From the sequence record MN871446.1: a stretch of 64,000 nt of DNA; one strand, given 5' to 3'. Shown piece by piece: positions 27,367 through 36,756 of the stretch. Numbering within the stretch: the first letter of the stretch is position 1; each line of letters starts with the position of its first letter. The notes below the pieces were generated by a model that made no database searches, was not told the origin of the DNA, and worked only from the letters and a program-made list of their open reading frames with translations. Both the position numbers and the translations under genes were made by a program. The DNA is from Klebsiella phage KpLz-2_45.

Positions 27367-27418
27367 TCACTACTCCTTGAAAAATAAAAAGACGGAGGAA
27401 TAACCCCCGCCTGATAAA

Positions 27419-27781
27419 TTAACAAATGACCGCGTCTACAAACAGCGCCGACATCGAACGGACTGGCGTAAGCGACTCTTTTAACGTAGGGAAGAATTTA
27501 CCTTCCGAACTGATGAATAAACACGCGCAGTCTACTTGACCCCGATTTATCCGCTGCGCCATTGCTAAGGTATTCGGTAACGGAATGACCTTGATCGAAG
27601 CGATCAATTTCGGTCCGAGGTAATCAGTAATGACCTCTTTGAATTTCGCGCGAGTCCGCGGGTCACCGTATACCTTTACGGTCTTACCCTTCATCAGGTT
27701 ATTCGCAATGAAAGCGGAATAATGCAACATCGCAGATTCGTTGAAGGTGCCTAACACTTTAATGGACTGGATTCGTTTCAT
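27419..27781 (-). CDS. hypothetical protein (ATGA-coupled start; track alternative at 27796)
   Basis: ATG overlapping the upstream TGA. Confidence 0.45.
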   Translation of the reverse strand: MKRIQSIKVLGTFNESAMLHYSAFIANNLMKGKTVKVYGDPRTRAKFKEVITDYLGPKLIASIKVIPLPNTLAMAQRINRGQVDCACLFISSEGKFFPTLKESLTPVRSMSALFVDAVIC

Positions 27782-28323
27782 TTTGTAAAAACCCAATAAA
27801 CGTCGTAAAATGGAATAGCATGGATTCCCGAGGGGAGGTTGTCGATCTCTTCGATATCTTTCATATCGAGTAAATTGACAACTAACCCGGTGGATAATAA
27901 TCGCTTGAGGCTATACGCCACCGCACCAAGCGGAATTTCGAAGGTAATCGCCTTTTGACATTTGAAATGACTGACCAGTTTGCGCGGATTATCCGCTAAC
28001 CGTTCGAGATAATCTTTATACGTTTCCCCGTCGTGACCACGCAGCGGCCACTGCCAGATAATTCCGTCTGCGGCTACTATCGCCTCCCCTCGAAAACGAT
28101 AAGGATTTTGATATTGCTCCCATTTGAGATACCCCGGTTGGTACATAGAGCCGTGATCAAGGATCTCCAATTCTTTCCCTGCTATGGCTTCACGAATCAT
28201 TTCTGCAAGGGCCGGTATGAGAACAGTTTCCCCTGCGGCATTTTTACCAAGAGCGACCTTCTCTCCTTCCACTAAACCGTAGACGTCAGCCGCGTAAGCG
28301 CCCCGTTCAAACTTAAATTTCAT
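27778..28323 (-). CDS. hypothetical protein, translationally coupled downstream of Tpt1
   Basis: 181 aa; ATGA overlap with Tpt1 stop; Gly-rich KVALGKNAAGETV segment. Confidence 0.5.
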   Translation of the reverse strand: MKFKFERGAYAADVYGLVEGEKVALGKNAAGETVLIPALAEMIREAIAGKELEILDHGSMYQPGYLKWEQYQNPYRFRGEAIVAADGIIWQWPLRGHDGETYKDYLERLADNPRKLVSHFKCQKAITFEIPLGAVAYSLKRLLSTGLVVNLLDMKDIEEIDNLPSGIHAIPFYDVYWVFTK

Positions 28324-28883
28324 TCTTTTTTCTCCTCTACTTTAAAACACCCAACTGGAACATGTTCGACCAGCCAAACCCCGTTCAACGCTTTGTAGAA
28401 CACGTAGCCGCGTTCCAATAGTTTCTGGGTATCAATACTCAAGACTACGAGCGACCCTTTCTTAGCGTACCGTAATCCCACTAACCGCGCGGTCTCGATG
28501 TGATCGGTTAAATGGACAAACTGGCGGGATTGCGGATTGAGTCCATTCTCAAAAATACTCTCTAAATTCCCCGATGCAGTGCCGTGGTAAAGTACCTCAG
28601 GCGGTACCTCTTCATTGAAGGCCATTTCATTTACCGGGAATGAATGCCCCTGTACAGCACGGATAGAAGAAAGATCATCGGATAACCCAAATCGTTTCTT
28701 ATCGTCCGTCTCTACAACGTGCATAATTTCCTGTAACGTAACTACCTTATTCTGTTCAGAGAATGCTGCAATCAGGTCGTCGAGTCTGACATAGCCAAGT
28801 TCATCAGGCGTTAATTTCAAAGCCTGAGGCCGATGGCGTAAAATGAAACACAGTGTTTTTGATAACTTAATTGGATCGTTCAA
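28320..28883 (-). CDS. kptA: RNA 2'-phosphotransferase Tpt1/KptA family (NAD+-dependent)
   Basis: 187 aa. KLSKTLCFILRHRPQALKL..D..GYV.LDDLI, DKKRF, IRAVQGHS, LYHGTASGNLESI, VHLT, VGLRYAKKGSLVVLSID, NGVWL align with E. coli KptA along the full length. TTG start with an AAGGG SD. Confidence 0.85.
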   Translation of the reverse strand: MNDPIKLSKTLCFILRHRPQALKLTPDELGYVRLDDLIAAFSEQNKVVTLQEIMHVVETDDKKRFGLSDDLSSIRAVQGHSFPVNEMAFNEEVPPEVLYHGTASGNLESIFENGLNPQSRQFVHLTDHIETARLVGLRYAKKGSLVVLSIDTQKLLERGYVFYKALNGVWLVEHVPVGCFKVEEKKE

Positions 28884-28887
28884 ATTA

Positions 28888-29415
28888 TTACCCTTGGAGC
28901 GTATAACCTGCGCCGTAAACTTCGATCAATTGATCCCAAATAGGATCTACCCAAACGGGTACTTTGAACCCAAGATGTTCTTCTTCACGGTATAACCAGC
29001 CTTTCTTCTCGGTGAAAGAGAAGAAGTTATCTCTGCTCTTTTTAAGGTTATCGTAATAGGCAAACATTTTGTGGTCGGTCGCTTCTGCTTTATATTTCGC
29101 ATAAAGCCATTTACGGTATTGCGCTTCGATTTCAGTATATTCCACTGGCTCATACCCAGAAAGAATCGTCACACCACCCGTTGAATTCTCCGGGTAGCGC
29201 TGGAGTCCATCCCAAATAGCGGGTAGGGGGATAAAATCCCCTAATTCCCAAATATCGAACATGGGTGTCAGAACAGAGCGGGGTTCGTCCGGGCAAACAC
29301 TGAACGTTGCATTGCGGAACGCAGCTTCTTTATTTTCAGCGGCGATTAATAACACTGTCGCTTCTTTAGATTCAGGGAGATCGTAAAACTTCTCACTCGC
29401 CAGAAACAGTTTCAT
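28888..29415 (-). CDS. hypothetical protein between Tpt1 and HD hydrolase
   Basis: 175 aa; AGGGGAA SD. Confidence 0.5.
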   Translation of the reverse strand: MKLFLASEKFYDLPESKEATVLLIAAENKEAAFRNATFSVCPDEPRSVLTPMFDIWELGDFIPLPAIWDGLQRYPENSTGGVTILSGYEPVEYTEIEAQYRKWLYAKYKAEATDHKMFAYYDNLKKSRDNFFSFTEKKGWLYREEEHLGFKVPVWVDPIWDQLIEVYGAGYTLQG

Positions 29416-30121
29416 TGTTATTCCCCTGTGCAGTTAGGCCAAAATAATGACAACTACCTTGCGCAACAACTCGGTATTTTTTCGCGTGTGCCGCGCCTAA
29501 CGCAGTGTAAAACTTGAGATTGCTGATGTAGTCAATGTTTCTTTTCGTAAACTCTTCTCGTGACTGACCGAAGCGAATACCGATCTCTTGGTAAAGTCCG
29601 TTGAAGATGTCTTCATCGAGATAAGACATCGCGTAGAGTTGATCGGCGTCCCGGATAATGCCGAATAAATAACGCATACCGGTACCGCCGGGATACTGCG
29701 GAAAAGGGTCGTCGAAGTTATAATGCGTGAATCCGACTAATAAAGTGATCATCGCTTTGTTAGCCGTAGGAAACTCACGCCAGAAACCTAATTGCTCAAG
29801 TTGCTGTAAAGTGTACTCAATATTCTTCCAGTCATCTTTCTCTCCTAAGTGACAGAAATCGTGAACTAGTCCTGCGATGACGGCTGATTCAAAATCCTTC
29901 TCAGAGAGCCCGTAATTTGATGGCTCAAGATTGGAAAGAAGATAACCTGTCAGTACACCTACGCCAATTAAATGGCGTGTGGAGTGGTACGGTCGCCCTG
30001 CGTTGTGTTCTTCTACCCAGCGAATGATCCCATTGTAGTCATTGAAGAAACAACGTCCCCAGATCGGGTTCATTTCCTTCAGTCCGTAATTATCCCAGAA
30101 GACTGAGAACTCACTGTGCAT
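29393..30121 (-). CDS. HD-domain metal-dependent phosphohydrolase
   Basis: 242 aa; H..H (YHSTRHLIGV), HD (AGLVHDFCH) and a downstream D (IIRDADQLY) are the characteristic HD signature. Confidence 0.7.
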   Translation of the reverse strand: MHSEFSVFWDNYGLKEMNPIWGRCFFNDYNGIIRWVEEHNAGRPYHSTRHLIGVGVLTGYLLSNLEPSNYGLSEKDFESAVIAGLVHDFCHLGEKDDWKNIEYTLQQLEQLGFWREFPTANKAMITLLVGFTHYNFDDPFPQYPGGTGMRYLFGIIRDADQLYAMSYLDEDIFNGLYQEIGIRFGQSREEFTKRNIDYISNLKFYTALGAAHAKKYRVVAQGSCHYFGLTAQGNNNETVSGE

Positions 30122-30827
30122 TTTTAACCTCGTTATACGCGTTGTTTACTGCCACCAACGTTTTGCTCACCGCCTCATTGTCTGGGAGAGTAAGCGGCCA
30201 GCTGGGGTGCATGTTGATGTAATATTCGTTCTCGCCAGGAGCGAAGACGATAAAGAATGTATGGTCAGCGTTCACTTCCGCAGAGAGCCGATTAATGGCG
30301 ATATTGTAATAGACCCGACACCCTGCTTTCTCTCCGACTGCCTTTAGTTTGTCTGGGTTGATTAATGGGTTGTTTAAGAAGGACTCAACTGTCCCTTTAA
30401 ACGGGAGAATATTCATTTCGCCGTTAGAGGAATCCGTCGGGCCGCGATACAGTTTAACGGCATCCTGACAATACTCTTCTACCCGATCGCAATACGTCGC
30501 AATCAACGCTTCAGGTACTGCCGAGAGTTTGTCGGTGAGTTTATCAATCAGTACCGCGGTATCGGCTTCATCTGACCGGACCATGATCATCGGAAACCAT
30601 TTATTCAGCAGACAGAAGAAACGGGGGTCTACGCCGTGATTAACGAGGTAAGAAACGAATTCACTGGTAGCGATCCCTGCCACCCAGCCGTAGGGCTTAA
30701 AGGTACCCGGAGGAGCCCAATCTTCATCAGACCAAAATTTACGGAGATAAAATTCGTCCCGTTTAAGACGTTGGATGAAGAAAGTGAACTCTGGTTTATG
30801 ATTCAGAAAACGTTCGATGAAATCCAT
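30111..30827 (-). CDS. hypothetical protein
   Basis: 238 aa. Confidence 0.5.
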   Translation of the reverse strand: MDFIERFLNHKPEFTFFIQRLKRDEFYLRKFWSDEDWAPPGTFKPYGWVAGIATSEFVSYLVNHGVDPRFFCLLNKWFPMIMVRSDEADTAVLIDKLTDKLSAVPEALIATYCDRVEEYCQDAVKLYRGPTDSSNGEMNILPFKGTVESFLNNPLINPDKLKAVGEKAGCRVYYNIAINRLSAEVNADHTFFIVFAPGENEYYINMHPSWPLTLPDNEAVSKTLVAVNNAYNEVKNAQ

Positions 30828-31276
30828 TATTTATCCTCGAGGTGAAAACGAATTTTAAAGACGGGATAATCAGTGATCTCGTCTTCATTGAGTAAAAGGA
30901 TGCGAATAGCTTTGATATTAAAGCCGAAAATCAATTTGAAATCTATAGCCTGCTCTTCACAATACGTAGTGCGACAGACATTATTCGAAATGAGATCGTT
31001 ATCGGGATTAACAAACAAACAATTCTCCGGCAATTGACAGTCTACCCCACGATAGCAAATCGATAGAATCTCTAGACGGGTTATTTTTCTGTCGACAGGA
31101 AGTTGGTCTCTAAGCTTGTAAATCTTGTCTTTATCAACGATGAGATCAGCGTAGTCGAGTTTAGGTCCGAATAGGTTAAGGGTTATTTCTTCATTCAACA
31201 GTCTATTGATCTCGAAAACTTTTACTTTATCAGAAATATCCCTTTTCAAGATTTCTTTAATTTTTTCGATGGACAT
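30827..31276 (-). CDS. hypothetical protein
   Basis: 149 aa; AAAGGAG SD; first gene after promoter motif #5. Confidence 0.5.
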   Translation of the reverse strand: MSIEKIKEILKRDISDKVKVFEINRLLNEEITLNLFGPKLDYADLIVDKDKIYKLRDQLPVDRKITRLEILSICYRGVDCQLPENCLFVNPDNDLISNNVCRTTYCEEQAIDFKLIFGFNIKAIRILLLNEDEITDYPVFKIRFHLEDK

Positions 31277-31300
31277 TTATTTCTCCTTTTATTTTTCCTC

Positions 31301-31328
31301 TACATCTAAGTGATATAGACTTGAAAAC
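31301..31328 (-). promoter_or_regulatory. conserved promoter-like motif copy 5
   Basis: After terminator 31358-31385, upstream of gene 30827-31276. Confidence 0.55.
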
Positions 31329-31357
31329 AAATCCAAAAGAAAAAGAGAACATAGAAC

Positions 31358-31385
31358 CTTCCTCTCTCCCGAAGGAGAGAGGAAG
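31358..31385 (-). terminator. terminator-like hairpin
   Basis: CTTCCTCTCTCC-CGAA-GGAGAGAGGAAG, T-rich tract downstream. Confidence 0.55.
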
Positions 31386-31392
31386 CGTCAAA

Positions 31393-31797
31393 CTATAGTT
31401 GCTGACCCATGGCCGCCGCTACAATCACTGCAACGAAGATCGAAACAATGCCGGAGAGAATGTACCAGACAAACCACAGGCGGGAGTTACCGTTGCGATT
31501 CTGGCGCTTATAGACATAAACCGGAGAGAGCAGCCACCACCAACCCGATGGGACAAAGGCCCCTTCTTTCTTCAGCATTTCACGGTCGGTGATGAACCAA
31601 CCCGTAAACAGTATCAGTGAGATCAGCCAGCCGATGGTTGGTAAGGCGACCTGAATCGCAGTGAAGATCGGCTGTGAGAAAATGATGAAAAGCATGAAGA
31701 ACGGCGTCATCAGCTGAGGCTTAGTGCCTTTCTTGAAGAAAGTGTAACCGTTCGCGTTTTGGTATTGGATTTCTGTTTCAATAGTGTTCTGGGACAT
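31393..31797 (-). CDS. polytopic membrane protein
   Basis: 134 aa, four hydrophobic segments; first gene after promoter motif #6. Confidence 0.5.
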   Translation of the reverse strand: MSQNTIETEIQYQNANGYTFFKKGTKPQLMTPFFMLFIIFSQPIFTAIQVALPTIGWLISLILFTGWFITDREMLKKEGAFVPSGWWWLLSPVYVYKRQNRNGNSRLWFVWYILSGIVSIFVAVIVAAAMGQQL

Positions 31798-31862
31798 TTT
31801 ATTACTCGCTTAGTTAAAGGTTGTTGTTAAATGATTTTAAAGTGACTTATCTGTCGTATATG

Positions 31863-31887
31863 CAATCAAGTGATATAGATGTTAAAT
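31863..31887 (-). promoter_or_regulatory. conserved promoter-like motif copy 6
   Basis: Overlaps the stop of 31882-32433; upstream of membrane protein gene 31393-31797. Confidence 0.5.
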
Positions 31888-32433
31888 GATTTCGATATTG
31901 AAGGCGGGTTCGGGGATGCCTTTAAAAGCGCATTCGTTACTGACGAGTTCACTCAGACCACCGCCGATATAAACATCTTTAAGTCCGCGTTTGCTATAAG
32001 TACGTTTGCCGATGGGACTTTCTGCGGAGCAATCGTTCCGGAAAAGAAGATAAATTCTTTGCCCATCAAAATCGGTGTAGATTGAATAATCAGTAACGTC
32101 TTCTTGTTCGCCAGGTTCAGCAAAACAAAAATCAATAACGTTCGCGGAGAGTAGCCAGAAAAACCGAAGGTATTCCCGTAACAGATCGATATGAATAACA
32201 GAGAACTCGCCGCCTTTGTTAATTTTTTCTATCAGCTCTTTAACCGGAACTTCAGAAGAGGGCGAACCAACACCGTGAAGATCTCCCAGAATTTCCCACG
32301 CTGGATCGTTATCCCGTTGAACAAAAAGAAACTCTCCACTTTTCTCGTCATACATCACTGATGCCAACTCGGATTCGAGAAGTTTTAACCCTGCACGGTA
32401 ATTCTCAATTAAAGAAGTTTCTGTGTTTTCCAT
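31882..32433 (-). CDS. hypothetical protein
   Basis: 183 aa. Confidence 0.5.
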   Translation of the reverse strand: MENTETSLIENYRAGLKLLESELASVMYDEKSGEFLFVQRDNDPAWEILGDLHGVGSPSSEVPVKELIEKINKGGEFSVIHIDLLREYLRFFWLLSANVIDFCFAEPGEQEDVTDYSIYTDFDGQRIYLLFRNDCSAESPIGKRTYSKRGLKDVYIGGGLSELVSNECAFKGIPEPAFNIEII

Positions 32434-32862
32434 TTAAAATACCTCTATTTGCAAAAAGTTTTGATGTGGATTGACTTCTAGTTCAAACTGAACATCGTCA
32501 TCTGAGATGTAACTCCCAAGATCAATTTTCTCAAAGAAAAATCGATAGATCGTTGGCCACCCGCAATAAACATCGATATGCTGAGAGAACTTCTCAAAGA
32601 CCTCGTATAACCTATCTGGGTTGTCAGTAGGCGGGGGATCCTCAGCGCTGTCTGGGTAACAGGGCTCGATAAATTGGTGGTAGGCTTGCTCTGAAAACGC
32701 CTGATGTAAAATTTTCCCAGCATACTTTGAATCTGCGTTTTCAGCGGTAAGAATGACCGCCCAGAAAAGGGCTGTCATGACGTAAATGCGGTCATCAGGA
32801 TCCTTGATCTTCCGCAAACCCATCGAGAGTCTCTCCGGAATCCCCAAAATGAACGTTCCCAT
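32434..32862 (-). CDS. hypothetical protein
   Basis: 142 aa; strong AAAGGAAAAAG SD; overlaps the 3' end of the upstream gene by 68 nt. Confidence 0.45.
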   Translation of the reverse strand: MGTFILGIPERLSMGLRKIKDPDDRIYVMTALFWAVILTAENADSKYAGKILHQAFSEQAYHQFIEPCYPDSAEDPPPTDNPDRLYEVFEKFSQHIDVYCGWPTIYRFFFEKIDLGSYISDDDVQFELEVNPHQNFLQIEVF

Positions 32863-34000
32863 CTTTTTCCTTTATCCTCATGATAAACGAGTAGCAATAA
32901 CTGATCTTTCTGCCAAATCTCCGGAGATGATCACGGTCGAAAGAGTCAGTCACGTTAGGAATCAAACCCATAGACAAAAAGCTTTCGTCAAAGATTTCTA
33001 CGTCTTTACCGTAGTCAGAAAAGAAACCACGGAGATTGACTTCGAGACGCTCGATCAAACGAGTTATGTCTAGTTCAACTTCTGGTATCGTTAATCTAAG
33101 GTTAAGAACAAAGTCATTTTTGTCCAGCGTTAAAGAAGCTTCTAGTACAAAAGATTGATCCATTGTTAAATCGATAATCGATTGACCTTTTAACTCCATA
33201 ACGGAAATGTTCTGTAACGTTGTCTCGGAAATGTAGTCCGAGATTTTCCGTGAGAAAAAGCCGATGCTATCGATGTACTCTTTTTCCAACTTCCTCTTCA
33301 TTTCGTTGGTGAATGACAAAAGCTGATGATAAACCTCTACCGGTTTTCCTTTTACCGAGAATTTATTTACGTCAGCATCAGGTAAACAAAAGACGATTTC
33401 CTCGGACTTTTCGTCTCTGCTGGAAAAAATGTCCCAGGGGGAATTAAGGGTAACATACCCAAGATCATTAGATAACGTATCCATTATCCACTTTTTCCAA
33501 TGCCATTCAATGACAGAGCTATTCTGATCGTTAATAGACGATCGAATAATGGTTCGGATATCCGAACCATTCAGACCCGGGAAAGACTGAGTAAGTTGAA
33601 ACCTAATCGCATCTTCCCATTCCCATCCAAACGTAGGGATTTCTACCGTAATACGCCACAGACCCATGAAATCCCGCGTCAATGAAAACTTTACACTGTT
33701 TTCTGGGAATATTGAGTCCGCTTTATTTCTCAGTAAGATTCCTTCCTCCGTCGTTTGAACAAGCATATTTTGATTACTCGATAACAACTTACGTAACAAA
33801 GTTAAAGACTCTTCGCCGGGATAAAGTTGTTTTGCCATTTCTTCTTGGATTTCGTTTACTTTCTCCTTGACCAAATTGTCATCAATCACCGAGTAAGAAA
33901 GAGAAGACTTTCCTTTATTTTTTACTAAAACAAAATAGATCGAAGTCACGCCGGCACCAATTAATGCCAAGAGCCCTAACGCAAAAAGAATTTCAGCCAT
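32795..34000 (-). CDS. membrane-anchored protein (N-terminal TM) of unknown function
   Basis: 401 aa; ILFALGLLALIGAGVTSIYFVLV anchor. Confidence 0.55.
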   Translation of the reverse strand: MAEILFALGLLALIGAGVTSIYFVLVKNKGKSSLSYSVIDDNLVKEKVNEIQEEMAKQLYPGEESLTLLRKLLSSNQNMLVQTTEEGILLRNKADSIFPENSVKFSLTRDFMGLWRITVEIPTFGWEWEDAIRFQLTQSFPGLNGSDIRTIIRSSINDQNSSVIEWHWKKWIMDTLSNDLGYVTLNSPWDIFSSRDEKSEEIVFCLPDADVNKFSVKGKPVEVYHQLLSFTNEMKRKLEKEYIDSIGFFSRKISDYISETTLQNISVMELKGQSIIDLTMDQSFVLEASLTLDKNDFVLNLRLTIPEVELDITRLIERLEVNLRGFFSDYGKDVEIFDESFLSMGLIPNVTDSFDRDHLRRFGRKISYCYSFIMRIKEKDGNVHFGDSGETLDGFAEDQGS

Positions 34001-34184
34001 TTACTTTACCCTTTGAGAATTCAACGAATTCACCTGCGAACTGAATCAGCTCAGCACCGTTCGGTTGAGTATCGGTATTTAACATACCGGCTGCGACGAG
34101 GACATCGTATAATGCCTCGGCTAATAACTGACGCTGATGAAAAACATCAGCAGGATCATTATCGGGCAGATAGACTTTAGACAT
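33993..34184 (-). CDS. small hypothetical protein
   Basis: 63 aa ORF filling a gap; 8-nt overlap with the next gene. Confidence 0.35.
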   Translation of the reverse strand: MSKVYLPDNDPADVFHQRQLLAEALYDVLVAAGMLNTDTQPNGAELIQFAGEFVEFSKGKVNG

Positions 34185-34185
34185 G

Positions 34186-34674
34186 TTAAATTTCCTCTAT
34201 GATTGTGTTTTCATCCAATGTTGATGACAGAAGAACCAGTAAATGCCCTGCTGCCATTGATACATCATTACCTAAGGCTTTTATCACTACTAAGTTTATA
34301 AATTCCAAATTAACTCTGGGTAAGCCACCCCTGAGTTGTTTTACGACTTGATCCTTTACGTCTTGGGAAGTTAAGATCAATCTTTTGCGTTCTATCTTTA
34401 CCCTTACTTTCCCATAAGGATCTTTCTCAATACGAGTATTATTCTTCCTCATTGTGACGTTATTAACTGCTCCGGTTTTGACCGCTTTTATCGCGATTAA
34501 AATGGAAAATGTTTGATTAGAAGCTTCTTCGACAATTGCATTAGTTAACGTGGTAATATATTCTTCGGATATATTGCGTTTTGTAGAGGATGTACGTTTT
34601 CGATAAATAAGCAATCCTTTTGAGATAACAATAATTGCTAGTAATACTACCATTGTTATTCCAATAAAGTCCAC
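34186..34674 (-). CDS. membrane-anchored hypothetical protein (GTG start)
   Basis: 162 aa; GGAGGGG SD before GTG; N-terminal TM. Confidence 0.5.
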   Translation of the reverse strand: MDFIGITMVVLLAIIVISKGLLIYRKRTSSTKRNISEEYITTLTNAIVEEASNQTFSILIAIKAVKTGAVNNVTMRKNNTRIEKDPYGKVRVKIERKRLILTSQDVKDQVVKQLRGGLPRVNLEFINLVVIKALGNDVSMAAGHLLVLLSSTLDENTIIEEI

Positions 34675-34691
34675 TTTCGTCCCCTCCGGAA

Positions 34692-35096
34692 TTAGTGCTT
34701 GTCTTTTACTACCACCGAGGCTTTCTCGGGGTCTGTGTCGTGCGCCAAAGAAATGTTTCCCAGATCTTCGCGGAAAGCGTAGTGCAGAACTGTCGTTGTT
34801 GCGTCATTTTGGGTGATATCTACAACGCCACTTTTCTCGTTCTGACTTTGGATCGTTAAATCAATACTTTCCCATTCAACGGTATCCAATTCACGATTAG
34901 ACGACAAGAACCAAACGTTATCGCCTACAGCCTCTTCATTGTCCATGAAAACGGCCAGATAACGTTCACCGGGAACTAAATGAGTGAAGCGATCACTGGC
35001 GATCCAGAAGGGGATGAGTTCATTACCAAATTTTAAGACGAGATTGGCTTGCTCGCCTTTGTCATTGAGAGGGACTTCGTTAGGATTCAATTCCAT
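34692..35096 (-). CDS. hypothetical protein (ATG at 35096 with GGAGGAG SD; track extends to 35111)
   Basis: SD lies in the last codons of the upstream gene. Confidence 0.5.
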   Translation of the reverse strand: MELNPNEVPLNDKGEQANLVLKFGNELIPFWIASDRFTHLVPGERYLAVFMDNEEAVGDNVWFLSSNRELDTVEWESIDLTIQSQNEKSGVVDITQNDATTTVLHYAFREDLGNISLAHDTDPEKASVVVKDKH

Positions 35097-35097
35097 T

Positions 35098-36015
35098 TTA
35101 TTCTCCTCCAAAAGATTGTTGTATGGCAGTACGAATATCGATGGTTGGGGGAGGAATGATTACATCCCAATCTAAATCGGGTCGTACTGCAATAAATGCA
35201 CTACGGCGTTTCTGTAGCTCTACTTTTAAAAGGTCGTCATCTTTAAAAAGGTATCCCTTCTCTAAGAGATCAAACACTTCTATTTCACCTACGCCGAATT
35301 CATCAACCAAAGCCCAGAATACTTCATAGCCTTTTACAGATAACCACCCGCCCGCTGACCCGCCATGTTCCTCCCAATCTAAATTACCGAGCTGATAAGC
35401 CACCCAAAAATAAACCGGCTGAGGTAATCTCGCCCAGATCTCCCCTCGTTTTTCATAAAGGTCTGTTGTATCCGTTTTAGTAGGGGAGACAGCACGTTTA
35501 CGCAAGGCGAGATGAGTCATGAATTTGAATAAGAACCACTTACTATTACGTTTAGCGGCGTCTGGGATACTGAGAGTCGGGGTGAAATCCCCGGGGACTT
35601 CGTCGTCGCCGTCCGGACAGATCTCAATATATTTTTCGACAAAAAGTATCGTGAGTTTACCCAAATTTGTTAAGTTCCCTTCGGGGGTAATAATACCCTG
35701 ACGAATCGCTGTTTCCGTGAAAAACTCCACGCCACCAGGGTACCCCATGTAATCCATTTTTGTCCCTGACACAACAGCATTAATCTGAGCTAACCAAAAT
35801 ACCTGTGCCTCGAAAGGCATACCGCAGCCGCAAAAACCGAGAACGTCGTAAAGGAAGTACTGCTTAGCATCGTCTAAAACTGTTTCCACTCCGTTAAGAA
35901 TAATGGGGGAATTATCTCCCCAATCCTCTTTTAGTTCGAAAGTTGGCGTTTCCAGCAATGGAATAATTGGATTTTTGCCACGGATATTGCCATATTTAAT
36001 TTCAATACTTTCCAT
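35098..36015 (-). CDS. hypothetical protein
   Basis: 305 aa. Confidence 0.55.
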   Translation of the reverse strand: MESIEIKYGNIRGKNPIIPLLETPTFELKEDWGDNSPIILNGVETVLDDAKQYFLYDVLGFCGCGMPFEAQVFWLAQINAVVSGTKMDYMGYPGGVEFFTETAIRQGIITPEGNLTNLGKLTILFVEKYIEICPDGDDEVPGDFTPTLSIPDAAKRNSKWFLFKFMTHLALRKRAVSPTKTDTTDLYEKRGEIWARLPQPVYFWVAYQLGNLDWEEHGGSAGGWLSVKGYEVFWALVDEFGVGEIEVFDLLEKGYLFKDDDLLKVELQKRRSAFIAVRPDLDWDVIIPPPTIDIRTAIQQSFGGE

Positions 36016-36025
36016 CTTTTTTTCC

Positions 36026-36382
36026 TCAGTGCAGTTTTCTTTTATCTTCTTCGGTCAACCTATACCGCATCTTGATAGGTGGGTCATTATTGAATAAGGC
36101 GTCTAGCGTCACCGTTGTTTCGTCTTTATCCGTGACCCGAACCCATGTGAAAATATATTCCGAATCAGACTCGTTGATATATTTTAACACTCGCGCCATA
36201 AAGGGCATTTCAAGGTCTTCGTCACAAAACATCGGATTGATGTAAACTCCTATCGAAAGAGGGTCCTTTAAACGGGATAACAGGTAAACTTTCCCTATTT
36301 CCATTCCGGACGGACCGCCTTCCACGGGGTAAAAGTTGACATCGCCAACGTTGGATTTTAACACCATAATTGCTTCGCGCAT
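36026..36382 (-). CDS. hypothetical protein
   Basis: 118 aa; GAAAGGAGGG SD. Confidence 0.5.
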   Translation of the reverse strand: MREAIMVLKSNVGDVNFYPVEGGPSGMEIGKVYLLSRLKDPLSIGVYINPMFCDEDLEMPFMARVLKYINESDSEYIFTWVRVTDKDETTVTLDALFNNDPPIKMRYRLTEEDKRKLH

Positions 36383-36420
36383 AAATTAAACCCTCCTTTC
36401 ATTCAGAGCAATTGACGAGA

Positions 36421-36450
36421 AAATAAAAAAGGAGAGGCAAAAGCCTCTCC
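36421..36450 (-). terminator. rho-independent terminator
   Basis: AGGAGAGGC-AAAA-GCCTCTCCT followed by TTTTTTATTTT. Confidence 0.7.
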
Positions 36451-36456
36451 TCTCAT

Positions 36457-36744
36457 TTAATGTCTTTTTTGCCGTATCCAAAGATTCTTAGTTGGAATCC
36501 AGATAGCAACAATTTCCCCATGAACATGTTTAACGCGCGCCCCTTCTGGCCATCTGGGAATTACTTTTGTAATCTCTTCAACTTCATGATACCAAAGACG
36601 ATCAGGCAAAGTAAAAGCCAAAACACGCAAGTAACCGTACTTCATGGAACTTTCTTTACCGTCTATGACCATTTCGATCCACTTCCCGGAATGTTCATAA
36701 CTTTCAAGAATTCCTATTTTTTCTACGGAATCAGAATCGCTCAT
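36457..36744 (-). CDS. hypothetical protein
   Basis: 95 aa; AGAGGTG SD. Confidence 0.45.
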   Translation of the reverse strand: MSDSDSVEKIGILESYEHSGKWIEMVIDGKESSMKYGYLRVLAFTLPDRLWYHEVEEITKVIPRWPEGARVKHVHGEIVAIWIPTKNLWIRQKRH

Positions 36745-36756
36745 TTACACCTCTGG

